Source: Ancylonema sp. | Taxonomy: Eukaryota | Direction of reading: 5' to 3' | NCBI GenBank assembly: GCA_050230475.1 | Contig: JBFLGF010000059.1 | Span: 1-64,000, forward strand | Length of the DNA: 64,000 bases | Notes under the pieces: model-generated | Seen by the model: only the letters and a program-made list of their open reading frames with translations | Told to the model about the DNA's origin: nothing | Databases searched by the model: none | Made by a program: the position numbers and the translations under genes | In this document: positions 26,001 to 38,905 of the stretch, piece by piece | Numbering within the stretch: the first letter of the stretch is position 1 | Layout of the letters: every line of letters begins with the position of its first letter

Positions 26001-28324
26001 TCGGAGGATGCATCGACACACAAGAAAAGAAGTTTTTCTACCGAGCCGATTGGGCCCACGGAGGGCATTATCTCACAAGCGTTCCCATTACCGTCCAAGG
26101 ACCTCCCAAGGTAATCCCACAAATTCTCATGGCCGACTTCGAGATTAAAAATCGATCAACCCATGACATGCACCGCAACGAAGTATATGACAACAACATT
26201 CGACAACAACCATTACCTGCTAGTGTGTTGTCACTATTAACTCCTCAGCTACCAAGCATACGTCAGTTTGTGAGAAAATTTGCTACATTACACATATTCA
26301 CTCATCAAGACAAACAATACAAGTACCCTGCATGGATGGTTACTCCTTGGACTCGCTCATTCAGTGATTTTCTAGAAAAAGAGTTTGATGTTGCATCTCC
26401 ATATATTGCTCGCAAGCACGACTACCACGCAAAACAAATAACGTTTTACAACCTCATGCTTAGTCAAGAAAGTGAACGACTCCTGAAGAAGATGTTGCTT
26501 ACTGCAAAAACAAAATCCCCATGGCAACCTTTTTGGCCTGGCATTTCGTATGACAACTATAAATGCATTACCCCACCAGTTCGACTCATCGACCCACAAT
26601 ATGGCCTTCATGTATGGTTACCGTTCGCACGTATCGACCTTTCTGGACTCATCATGTTACTTAAAGGCGGATTCCGTATCTCTACCCTTACCACTAAAGA
26701 AGAAGACCGGGAGGCACGTATGTCACAACGCCGACAAGTGAAAGATATTCAAACACTCTTCCCACGACAATTACCTAACTCTGCAAGGCTTCAATATAAG
26801 ATTACCAAACTCATTAGTGAACACAAAGAGTACCGACCTCTATTACACATGATAATGACTCATGGACCAGTGGACTTCATCTGCGGCAATTGGCACACCG
26901 AGGTGATCCGTAATGAGACACCCGTTACCACAATAAAAGATCCTCGAGTGGCAGCCTTGTTTACACTTCTGGCACTCATTCAACAACTTTAGAAGGAGCA
27001 GCCATTCATTCCTACATACATACTCTACAACCACACCAGACCAGCGGATTACCCCCTGTGGTCTAAGGAACTTGTACATGTAGCATCACAATTTCTTGGA
27101 AAAATGAAAACAGTCAACGCCTTATAACTTGAGTCCCTCTCTTACCGGCAAACACATAACTGGCAGAATATAGTCCTCAACGGACAACATCGAGCAACTG
27201 TTCCAAACGACCGATGGATTTCCAACATCGAGCGATTACTCAACCGTGGACATCAAGAACAAGACAAAAAGGCCAACACATATAAGTACGAGAGCAACTA
27301 TTACCAGTCCCACAATGAGAGACAATTCATGCCACCAATTACTCCTTACCAAGACAACCCTGACTATGTCTTAAAATGGCGACCACATCTACGTTAGTAC
27401 ACGTACGGAGAAGGGATGCTGAAAGACAACACCAACAACCACTAGGTGTCACCCACACCTGACGAGCGTGCGAGATTTTTACATTGCAACTTGGACGATA
27501 GATCCATACCTGCACACCCGGATACCAACTACTTGAATAAACGCAACTGCCAACTTCTTGGTAGAATGATGGACGACAAAATATGTGCTTGGTATGGAGG
27601 CCTACTTGGTGCAATTCATCGACAATCCCAGAATCTGGGGGGAAGTATGAACACAACACCAACAATTCCCCAACCAGAACCGATCCCATCCACATCCAAT
27701 GATTCTCTTTCGGACTCCGAGTCTGACACATCTGACACCAGTTTTGAGAACGATTACCCCTTCTCATTCCCACTTTTCGTGGATGAAGACACCAGTGCAA
27801 CTTCACCTGGTTCCAATTTTACAACTTCTTCATCAACAACAACAACTACCCTCCCAGAAAACCAGGACGACAAGACACTCCAAGACTTACCTTACAGTCT
27901 CCCGATAGACTTGAAAGATCCCAATCCAGAACACAATGTGCAAATGATACATTACCAGGATGAAATTGTGATACACTTATGTCAACCAAACGTTACCAAT
28001 ATCGACGACAATCACCATGTCATCAAAGAAGAACCTGTTTCAAATCCTGTCAAGGAAATACGAGATGACAAACACTTGTTTATCGATGTTATTAATGGTT
28101 TCGAAAAACACAAGTTACCCTTGACATCGGAGGCTGAATCTAAAATATTTTCAGTTCCATTTACACCTGCAAAAATGTCTGCATATCCTCATGCTGTGAT
28201 GACTACACCCTCAACAATATCGACAACTGGTCATTTTTCAGCTTCTCACACCAACCCCGGTGCTACAACTTTACATGCTACAATTTGTGATTGTGATCCT
28301 AATCACTTTACCCTCTTGTGTTGA
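23093..28324 (+). pseudogene. Gag (two zinc knuckles) - aspartic protease - DNMT-like polyprotein; one frame with in-frame stops at 23807, 26990, 27125, 27395 and 27443
   Basis: Knuckles CYNCNQVGHYKKEF and CTNCGKMNHVAQQC; protease IIDSGAQNTMIG...LLLGTIF; DNMT-like blocks GLHVWLPFARIDLSGLIMLLKGGFRI, GPVDFICGNW, PTYILYNH, NAL*LESLSYRQTHNWQNI, PTPDERARFL...QLLGRMMD. Confidence 0.8.
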
Positions 28325-28854
28325 TTACCCAGATGTGAACACATAGCTCTTCAATCCGGGGGAGGGGAGTTTCGAGATTCCACCCTCCTATATGCACTTC
28401 CACTACATCGAAAAGACCCCTTTCTATCGATACTTTGAGTGCGATTACCCCTTCATCGACTGATTCCATCATCGATGACCCATTTACCCTACAGATCTCA
28501 TCTGGCACGTCAGCGCTGCCTTACCTATACTTGTCCCGAGCCACCTTTTCCGATTGCCTCCAGCCTCTCCGCCGTCTTTTTTCTCCCTCCTCTTCTTCAC
28601 ATTCCCAAAGTCCCGATCGATGCAGTCTATGCATACCACGTTGTTCCCCTTGTATCCAACCGAGAACTTCCAGTGGGTGCATCCATTGCATGTTCTCCTA
28701 ATTCCTCCGCACCTCATTTTCCGTTGCAACTCGTTCCATCCCCCTCTTTTTTTTGCCCCACAATCTATTGTATTGACATGTAGCACACAAGCTACTCTTG
28801 TTCATGAAATATTCATTGCATCTCATTTGGTAACAATGAGAGAAAACCCTAGTG

Positions 28855-29349
28855 TGACCAAGGATGTCCACTTCGCAATTTTTGCATGGAAAACCTAAAT
28901 TAGCTTTGGGTATTCTCGTAGATTCCCATGCATCTATGATCCTTGCCGGGGAAATCTCCTCGCACAATTATTGCACCCACTCTAGAGTTACATATGGTTG
29001 GGTGACGGAAGTGTTTAGCGTATGATAGCCAGAATAGGAAATTTTAGTATACGGCAAGCGGACTACCTATTACGGACTCGGTTTTCTACCACCATAGTTT
29101 GGTACATGCCACGCAATTGATAGATTCTAAAAAGTTTAAAACCAAACCAGACCCTCGACCATCATATTTGTTTGTGAAGATTTTGGTATTATCGTGCAAT
29201 GGTGGGGTTCTATAGTCCATCTACTATTCCCAACAATTGTACGAGGAGATTTCCCCGGCAAGGATCATAGACGCATGGGAATCTACGAGAACACCCAAAG
29301 CTCATTTAGGTTTTCCATGCAAAAATTGCGAAGTGGACATCCTTGGTCA
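28855..29349. mobile_element. Foldback/long-TIR element (~115-bp inverted arms)
   Basis: 28855-28969 is the near-perfect reverse complement of 29235-29349. Confidence 0.8.
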
Positions 29350-29469
29350 TATCACATAAAATAATATGGCACGGTCATTATATTTTTTGATTTTCTCAAT
29401 CTCGCGCCATGGCAAGACGTAGGATACCTACTCCTACGAGGATTATATTTATATCCTAAGAGGATTATA

Positions 29470-29580
29470 GTCGTTCTGCTTATATCGAGCGATTTCACAT
29501 TGATTTTAGAAAGTTCCAACAAACTGTCGTTATATCGAGGTTGTCGTTATAAAGAGGGTTATTTTATCGAGGGATCACTG
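29470..29580. mobile_element. Isolated right end of the pogo-like family seen at 11713-13983
   Basis: ...TCGAGGTTGTCGTTATAAAGAGGG...ATCGAGGGATCACTG followed by TA; matches ~13878-13983. Confidence 0.7.
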
Positions 29581-30615
29581 TAGGATCTTCAAAACATTTA
29601 TGTTGAGAGCATAACATAAATATCGTAGTTTAGAGAAGTATAAGGTTTAGGTGGTAGTATGTATTTTGCCGTACAAAAGGTGAATATCAGCATATAATAT
29701 TTTGTATCGAACTTCAAGTAATAAACTTAAAGGAAGAATGGCAGAAAATGGGAGAAAACCGGAGAACGGAAAAGAGGTGACATTGCAAGATTGTTGTAAA
29801 GTTATTGTTATTCTCGCACTATTTGAATATTTTGACATGGAATTGTTAGACATTCATGGAAATGAGGAAAAACCTCCTGTACAACAGTGTTGTTCGGATG
29901 GAAGAATGTCCAGATGTAACTTTTCAAATCACTTTTTTGTATCCAAATATAAATATGAAATACTGACAAAGCTAACCAACTAGGGAAAGAATTGAAAGAA
30001 TTTGTATTAAATTGTATGAAAAAAAAGAGTAAATGGGAGAGCATAAATGGTATGTAAACAATCTTTCCATATTTCTATTTCTACTTGGAGAAGGTAAATG
30101 ATAGAAGTAGAATCCAAAACATTTATGTACTTTTAGAGAGAAGATTGAAGACTAACTGTTAATTTAGTGTACGGATAGGATGGATAGGACTGAGAGGACG
30201 GATAGGAGAGGATAGATAGGCGGATAGGACGGGTAGGATCTTCACATTATCTTCAAATTTATGGACGTGCATAACATGAAGATTGTAGTTTATAGAAGTA
30301 TGAGGTTTGGATGGTAGGGGAACTGTTGCGGTACAATATGTGAATATCAGCATATAATTATGGTATTGAACTTTGAGCGATGAGCTTGTGAAATATTTAA
30401 ACCGGGAGAACGATGTAACGAGTGACATAATAAGATTGTTGAGAATATATATTCTCGCAATTTGTGAACATTTTGACATGGAAGTATTAGGCATACATGG
30501 AAATGAAGAGAAATATGTGGGATGAAGGCATTTTTCGGATCGAAATAATGAGATACAAACTTTCCGATGAACTTTTTTGTACATACATGGAAATATGGAA
30601 TATTGACAACCCTAG
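29581..30615. repeat. Diverged ~400-bp direct repeat pair (29581-29985 and 30234-30615)
   Basis: Shared blocks TAGGATCTTC, GCATAACAT, GTGAATATCAGCATA, TATTCTCGCA, TTTTGACATGGAA, CATGGAAATGA. Confidence 0.7.
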
Positions 30616-32522
30616 AATAACAATGAAATTAAGTTAAAAACAAGAGGGTGTATACATGTGGATAGCTCTTAATGTGTAATTTGATTTTTTGTTGGATAGC
30701 TCGTGTCGAGCTACACAAATAAAACTATGTGCCGATTTTCCGGTAGCATGTGGCCCCTCGGCCTTAAACGGTATTTAAGTGGATAAACCCTAGTTTATAT
30801 TCTTCCGAACTATATTCCACTTTGGCCGGAATCGGTTCCATCGAAGATCCGATTCGGAACCGGTTCTTATTCCGTGCAACTATTAAGTTGACCATTTTAT
30901 TCGAGAGGCTCATGGCGATTCAGACCATCGCTCTGATGTGGTCGCTCAATGTGGTTGGTTGTCTTGGTTTGGGATAACATTGAGTTGTCGGTGGATTAGA
31001 TTGATAACTCTTGTATCCTAACTCCATGACGCATCGGTCAACCCACCACGACGTACAGTCGGAGAAGCACTTCTTAAGCATTTATAACAACCTTGAAAAA
31101 GTGGATGAGGTGGTGAGGGACTAGGGTTTTGTGGCTTAAGGCACGAGTTAATTAAATGTTGATATTTTCAAATATTCCTTACTTAGTAACCGGGGTTTTG
31201 GCCGTTGATAATGCCTAGTTATTTTCGTTGCATTTTTGTTACTTTTGGTAGAATAACCATTTCCCGTCACCTTTCACGTTAATAATAATAATAATTAACC
31301 CACCTGCGTAACCGATAGAAAGTTTCCCGAATTCCTGAAATTCAATTATTATTTAAAGCCCCACATATAGAATGACCCACCCTTACACCAACTAATTTTG
31401 TAATCACCCACCCTTGTAAGAATTATCTCCGGGTCAGCATCTCTGGCCAGTACAGTAAGTGTAACAAAATATTAAAACATTCTGTTTTCCTCCTTGGTGG
31501 CCCTGGGCCATCTGTGGATCCTCTGGACGTGTCCGGGACGACTAGTGTTTGGGGGAGATGTGGGACTAGTTCCGGACGATGTCGTCTGGGACCAACTATG
31601 GTTTGGGTATCTATGCAGGTGAGTGCCAACAGATAAGCTAGGTCACAGGTCGTGTCAATGCAGTATCGCCACAGGAGAGCCACCATGCCAACGCCTCACT
31701 CTTCAGTACAGGAGAGACAACATACATACAACTCTCCCCGCCTGGACACGATATGGTTCTTTTCCCCCGAAAGGGACACACACTGCGATATACATGTGGT
31801 AACAACTAAGTTGAGTCAAACGTTCACAACTCACACAAAACTGATATGTATCAAAAGAATTCTGAGGGGCCGAGGTTTTCAACCAGCAGCATACGGATTG
31901 GTTGGTGTGCATCCTCCTCAATCTCATGGCCTCCGTGTGGGAGGCACAGTGACACCAAAGGGTTGCGGAGGGTATTCCTCATTTGAGAGGTTTGTAACAA
32001 AACAGCTGCCTGGCAGGAGGAAAGGTTTTTGAATCAGGTCCTGGCTTCTTTCATCTTGTCTCCACTCCACTGTCCCTCACTTTCGCCTCATGTTCACTCA
32101 CTTGTGCAATAACAAGAATATGCACCCGCCCCCAGCGCCCAACCCCCAGCTGCCATGCTATCTCAGAGCACGACCTGCTACAAGCGAAGCACCCTGAGGG
32201 GCTTGAACCACTCCAACTCTCGGTGGGGGGACCTGGCAATCAATATTTTAAGTTCAGACCCTGTGCCCTCTCTTACCTACTGCCCTGGTTTGCGGTGTCC
32301 TTGTCGGGAGGGGATGGTGACTTGTTGGAGGGGATGGTGACTTCCCGTGGCCGACTTGTTGCCGCATTTCGTTGGGCCCGCCAACTCACTCACTCCACCG
32401 CATTCACCAATACGAAGATTCCACCTCGCTCACAACCGTTGGCAGGTCTCCCCTTCGGCACTGTAGCGAAAACTGCCAGAACAAACACCAATTATGAGCA
32501 TACCATAGCTCTCCAAGTCCAA

Positions 32523-32525
<3 letters not shown>

Positions 32526-32560
<35 letters not shown>

Positions 32561-32610
32561 CTATATATACATTGCTATGTATTTATATATATATTGCTAT
32601 ATATATTGAT
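32526..32610. repeat. (TA)n microsatellite
   Basis: Read directly. Confidence 0.9.
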
Positions 32611-33255
32611 ACATATGAGCTTTTCCTTTGTCGAGTACGATAACATCCAGAAGCATCCTGCCACAATTGTTGCAGCCGTGGGATATTTATAAATTGAACA
32701 ATGCAAAACTCTTAGGTGACAGATGGCAAGTCTATCAATATCTTATCTTTTGCTGTGAAACAGTCTAGGACCTGGCCAAGGACGACAGGTGGAAAAAGCC
32801 ATGCTCTCTCAGTTTTAAGAACAAAAAAAAACATCTGAAGCTAGCAGCTGGTTAAGGCTTCATGCGCGTACCGTATGATACCCGAATGAAGGCAGCGGGG
32901 CAAGCAGGTCTCTGCGGGTTGATGGCTCTCAGGGAGAAGGAACTTCGACGAGGTCGAGAAGGAAGCGGGAAAGTGACCTGGAGGACATCCTATAGGAAGC
33001 ATACATTACACATGTTCACGAATGTGTGGGTACCGAACCTGATACCATTCTCTGGTTGCAAGGGATCATCACCCACTCAGAAAGGCTGCCAGAGGCTGAC
33101 AAATACTAGTTCATAGACATATCCACAAACGGATGTACATTTCTAAACCAAAGGCAATCATTCAGATTGTAGGAAAGAGACAACGTGGTCAAAGCAATCC
33201 AGACAACTGACTTCATTCATCCCACATAAACAGTTTTTCGCAATTCAAGACGGGC

Positions 33256-35939
33256 TCAAGAAAGACAAGAAATATGACAGCTATTGACAATCACTGGATG
33301 CCCTTGCATTTGCATCCATTTCCCCCCACAGGCTACCCACCAGTAGCAGTCATTGCTCCCACACTTGCAATTAAAGGAAGGCTCCTTGTCTTCATCCTCG
33401 TCCTCCAGATCGTCAGGATACATCTGTAGGGACAGCACGTACAGGATAAAAAGTTGAAGGGGGTGAAAACTTCGCAGGATTCTATAATCAAGATCTTCTT
33501 CATGCCTTACATTCACATGTGGACTTGTATTTGGATTGAGGGTTTGGATAGCCTCCATCCACAAACAAAACACCAATGAGTACACACAGGGAACGAAAAT
33601 CGTCTCCTCTCACAGCATATACGAACTAGGAAAAGAGGAAGGGATCCAGATTCTAAATGCAGATGACTGTGATTGCGTCCATCAGCAAGATGAGTGAATT
33701 AGAAAGGGTGAGGTACCTCACCCACGTCAGCTCCTTTCCTGCCCCCACTTCCATACATGTGAAGAAGGCCACCTGCACCCCCCCAACTTCTGCGTCCCCA
33801 TCACCTTGGCATCCTCTTACCAGATCTTTTATGATAGCACTCATTCATTCTACCCCTCTCTCATTTGCAAGCATGTAGGAGTGAGGAACAGATGTTTCCA
33901 TACTCGATGGTAGCGTTTTTGGTTGGAGTCGATCATCATTGGCACCAGTATAAGATTGGGATCACCACATCTGCACACGCGCACGCATAGTTGTCAAACA
34001 AATATCCCATTTTTTGTGTTAGCCGGTACTTGCCGTTGGCCCATGACTCTTGCCTGTGGTTGATGAACCTCCCCACATTGCCGCGGGAAGTTGCGTCCAG
34101 ATTCAAGGCAGAGTCGTCGTCTTGTGCATCGTCCACGGCGTAGTCAGCGTCCAGGCGAATGGGATAGGTGTGATGGATCTTCCCGTCCTCCTGCTTCCGT
34201 ACTGCCTCGTTCCTCGCAGACACCTCGTTTTCCGTCAGAATGTCCCCCGCGTACTCACACACAAAGGCCCCACAGGGAAGGTCCTCCATCGTCTTCAGCC
34301 CCCACCCCATCCCCTCGTAGTAGTGCACCTGCAGCTGGCGAGTGATCCCTCGCTGCACCACTCGGTTGCCGCATGCCAGTGAGCAGGCACAACGCTTGAA
34401 GCACTCTTGGATGAAACACGGGGGGGAATGACCAGTACATTTTCTCATCCTCTTATTTTTCGTTTTTTTCTTGAGGAGACAGTCCCCGACGCATTTTTGA
34501 AGCAGTTTCGCGTTATGCTTTCTCCTCAACCTCGTCAGAAAGTCTGGCGTCAACAAACCCTCGGGGGTGTAGGCATACTCGCCTCTCGTGTCGTTCGTGC
34601 AAGAGCACCCGAAGCTGTTCCCAAGACAGTCGCCAGAACACTTTTGACAACTCTCCTCCCCGAGAGCGGAAACAATGCTATACTTCTCCACATGCGCACG
34701 AATGTACACTTCGTTGGTGTTCATGTACGTGAAGTCGTCTGGAGGGCGTTCGTGGTTGACCGAATTCACCCACGGGATCTTGACGTTCTCGTGGCCATTG
34801 GCAACGTCCTCAGGATGATGGTTGCCCGCATAAGCTACAGGGTGCATGCTTGAGTCATCCATCCCTCCCACACCTCCTGATCTTGCGCTTCCGTTGGCCT
34901 TGGCAGCATCTTGACAAGTGGCTTCTAGGAGCAGGACTTGCTCATCGCCTTCGTTTCTTCTTTTTCTACTACCCGCTGTTATATACAATATATCATTCTG
35001 CAAGACCACGGGTCGCGAAATATCAATATGTGGACCATATCCTGTCGACAGCACAGAAGGAAGAGATGCTCGGTTTCAAAAGTCTTCAGATGTGGTACCG
35101 CACAATCTTCATATGTGTTCACCCCTGACGTTTGAAAAACTAAATCTGCAGTCGCAGCGAAGTACAGACCTGATTCTGTCTGCCGTCGTCTATCTCTCGC
35201 ATTGCTCTCTCCGTCTCAGCCACTCGGAAACACTCGATAAGTCCAGGGCAGCCCCTTTCCATGTCGTCCTCAAGCTCCATCCGATCCTTCAATTAGTAGG
35301 AAAGCAAACAAAATAAGATCAGGATATGAGTCTCCTATTATAATGCCTGCAGTGACTGATCGGTCGGTGATGAGGAAGACGGTTCGTAAAGTTTGTGGAT
35401 TGGGAAGCTGCCACTTATTGAGGAATGCAAGATGCGTCACGTGCAGATCTCATTGAAAAGAACGCCGGAAGCCCAGACACCATAGACACCATAGTCCTCC
35501 ACCATAGTGGACTTTTATATAATGAAAAAGGAAAATGCGGACGTGTGACACAAAGTTTCTGCGCAGGAATAAAATTCCAGAACGGAACGCGTACGGCAAG
35601 TAAAGAGACAGTCAGCTCAAACCTCTCTCACATGCATCACACTGTCTTTATAATAACAACCATAAATATTACTCGCGATACATTGCATATTTCATACCCC
35701 CATGTAGCAATTTTCCATCGTGATCGCGTCGTGGTGTGGATTTTGTATACATGGAGGATATGAAATCGTAAAAGTGAGAGGACAAAGGAAGGGGCACAGT
35801 CGTATGCGACTGTGACTATTTGATTTACCGTGTAAAGACTGCTGATACAGGACAGCAACGCTTCAGTAGCTGGACCGCCTAAATTGTCCGTAATTTTGCA
35901 GGCACTCTCAAACGCAGTACAGCTCAAGCGACGCTCCAT
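33256..35939 (-). CDS. SUVR4-like histone-lysine N-methyltransferase, copy 2, multi-exon
   Basis: FIQECFKRCACSLACGNRVVQRG, GMGWGLKTMEDLPCGAFVCEYAGDILT, GNVGRFINHR|CGDPNL, VAFFTCMEVGAGKELTW, post-SET FNCKCGSNDC; exon layout parallels copy 1. Confidence 0.85.
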
Positions 35940-38507
35940 TTCGTTACGCCGAGCGAGGAAAAATGTATTCCACCAAATTGAAGCTGGCCTCGGCAGAATG
36001 TCACATAATGCGACTACTTCGCAGTCTGCTTCAACTCTGAACTGAACTCAACTGAACTGAAGGCTTGAGATGATGAGGGGTGACAAATTAGGCCCTAAAC
36101 TGCTATCTGGGGGGTTATCGACTTAAATTGCTAAATTGCTAAATTGCTAAATTGCTAAGGTACAGTAGGTGCGTCCTTCGGCATTTTTGAACACAATGGT
36201 GTCCCTAAATACTTGTCGTTCCAACGGATAAATGTGTTTCAAGCATAGTATCAAATTTATTTGACAAAACGGGACTCACCACGTTTGAAAGAGCTCATTG
36301 GCAACCACATTCACTATATCATACATGCTTGATCTCCTACATCATTTTGGTAAAGGAAGACGTTTTATTTTCCCAACACCTATTTGAGCTTACGGTATAT
36401 TTGGAGAACTTGGAGCGATAAGTCATCAATTGGTGTCTCAAAATTGAAAGACACCAAATTCGAAGTGACAAACGAAGAGAGAACGATTGGAAGCATCGTT
36501 GGTTGCGTTCACAATTTATAACGTAATCCATCGCCGCATTTCCTCAACAACTCGGCACTTGTTTCCTACTCTAAAAACACAAACGTGGATAAATGATGAA
36601 ATAAGAGAGTTTCGGTCATCACGTCTTGGAGGGGAAAGTAGCGTGTCCAAGTAAACGGTCGTGCAATGAAAATAAAGGCATTGATTCAACTATTTATCAA
36701 TGTCATTCACCCTCCCACCCGTGCGAGACTTTTGAGGAGGTGGGCGAGTTTCCTGGGCGACTCAATTCCGTACGCCCCGGTGAGAGGTCACCGGCGCTAA
36801 GATCTACTCTCTCGCAATTCATGGCTTACATGACCCGATTGAGCTTTACATATTCGTGGTGAGCCGAAATCTATGGTCCGATGTCCACTCAAAGTATCCG
36901 CGATGGCGGCACGTCACTTGTCACTAACAGATCTTTTTAGTACGTTCTGGTCACAGGCCTCTGGTTTTTTCTTTTCCCCCAAAACCAGATCAATTTAGGC
37001 CTTAAATTGATGGCTGGAGGTGGATATGCCCCTAAATTTCCCCTATATTCAAATAATAATGTAGGGATTTTTAGGGGTGGTTTCTGGGCGTACCCTTATC
37101 ATGCGTTTGTAATTACGGTCTAAATACCCCCAATTACGAAGAGGGTTTTTAGACTTGCCATCCCTGTTGGACATGACCAGATCCCAACTCCCCCGGACTG
37201 GTTTTACCCTCCAGCCATCTTACTCTGCTATCCACCGGTTGCCCACCCGTACCACCCTCCACCCAAGAGCCTGCCAAACCTCGATTTAAGAAACTTCGAC
37301 ATGAGAAACAATTCGATTCTACAACTTCGGGCTTGTCAACGTGTTTCGGTCGCATTGCAACGGTCTTATGATATGCATGCTAGGACATTGCGGGCAAGAT
37401 TTTAAGCAAGGTTTGTCTTTATTATCCCCCTCACCCCACCTCCGGCACGCGCCGAGTGAGGAATTAAGTGCTACGAGGAGTAACGTGTTGTAGTTGTTTG
37501 CCCTAGAGCGTGCGGAAGCTTGGTGTTTCATCAATTGTTATAATATGTATGTTAGTTTCTTAATTTGTCTTTCTTGCACTTATATGGGATTCTTGTCGTG
37601 TTTCTTTAAAAAAAATGTTTTAAAAAAGTGTTTCTATCGTTTTATAAACGCAATGTGATCTATATAAAAAACCATTCGTTATAAGATTTTTTCCCTCGGA
37701 TTTTGAAGGGTTTCATATCAGGTTTTTTTTCACTTTGGACAACGTAGTCCGTCAAAGGGCCGTGGTGGCCATAGTTGATGACCCAAAAAAAATTATCCGA
37801 AAAGGGTGGGTTGGGTTATTATCTTCAATTAACATTGCCCAATGTGTCATGCATAAATTTCTCTTTAATTTTTTTTTTTGGGTGAAAAACGAGTGTATTT
37901 TTTTTACATATTTTTGGTTGTGATTTTCTACCTTGCCTACTTCAATGTGGTTGGGTCCCGGTCGCCCGTGTTCATATTGAAGTCCGCTAGTATGCGGAAT
38001 TTATCGCACTCGGTAGGCAATAGTAAGCTAACAGGCCGAGAAAGAGGGCCGGAATCCCTATACGAAAACCCAGTCACGTATTCTACTTGTGATTTTACCC
38101 CAAACGTTTTTTACATAGATGCCTCTTCCGTGACGGTAGTCGTCATATATAATGACGTCCCATAAAATAATCGTGATGTTGACGTAGGTCTCGGTCACGA
38201 TGTATCTGTTCACGTACGCTGGGTTGATTGAATGGGTCACCGCCTTTTCATTTATAGAAATTGGTGGATTAATGAAGTTAATTCCAAAAACAAAAAAAAC
38301 AAAAAAACAAGAAAAAAAAAAAACAAAAAGTTGGCTTCTCGTTTTTTAGATAACAAATTACTACGTTCTTTTTTATCCCCCTCCTTCATATTTAGAATTT
38401 GGGGACTTGTTGTGATAATATATCAAACATTTCCTCATGTTCATCATTGCTCACATGCTATAAAGAGAGGTTTCAGTGTTTTAAAACGATTTTACGATAG
38501 CGGTATA

Positions 38508-38744
38508 CCGTAGTGGCCATACATAATGACCCGGTTTTAAGAAACGAATTAATTTAGCTAAGAAACCACCACTTGACCCAACCCGCGCACCCAATATAAA
38601 ATTTCTAAAAATCCTGAAAAATATTTATTATCTTGTGACCCACATTATAGAATGACCCACTTTTTTAAAAAATTGAATTATTTAATTTGACCCGACCCAC
38701 CCTTCTCATAATTATTTGCGGGTCATTATGTGTGGCCAGTACGG
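38508..38744. mobile_element. TA-flanked MITE (CCGTA-end, Tc1/mariner-pogo type)
   Basis: TIR CCGTAGTGGCCATACATAATGACCC / GGGTCATTATGTGTGGCCAGTACGG; TA TSD; TGACCC subterminal repeats. Confidence 0.88.
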
Positions 38745-38905
38745 TATTTTGTTTATCTTTAAAGTTGAAAAATTCAACAAAACAATGTAGCCATCCGTTC
38801 TTCGTACTGTGTCATTTACCATGATTACCAAACAACCTAGCAATCATACTCTAGTGACAAAATATGTAACTAGCCTTATATTTAACCATTTACTACTATT
38901 AACTA

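Larger units (their letters stand above)
21193..28324 (+). mobile_element. 3'-truncated LTR retrotransposon (Ty3/gypsy-like) carrying a DNA cytosine methyltransferase-like domain
   Basis: 5' LTR-like segment, long AT-rich leader, then one gag-protease-DNMT frame; no RT, RNase H, integrase or 3' LTR seen. Confidence 0.75.

Noticed and set aside
23807..27445. Programmed read-through or an alternative genetic code explaining the in-frame stops
   Set aside because: All three stop types occur, and host genes end in TAG, TAA and TGA; mutational decay is the simpler explanation
28347..28360. Polypurine tract for the retroelement
   Set aside because: Not followed by an LTR copy (no TGTTATGC)
31860..31920. 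tRNA/SINE-like B-box resemblance
   Set aside because: No cloverleaf or A-box could be built
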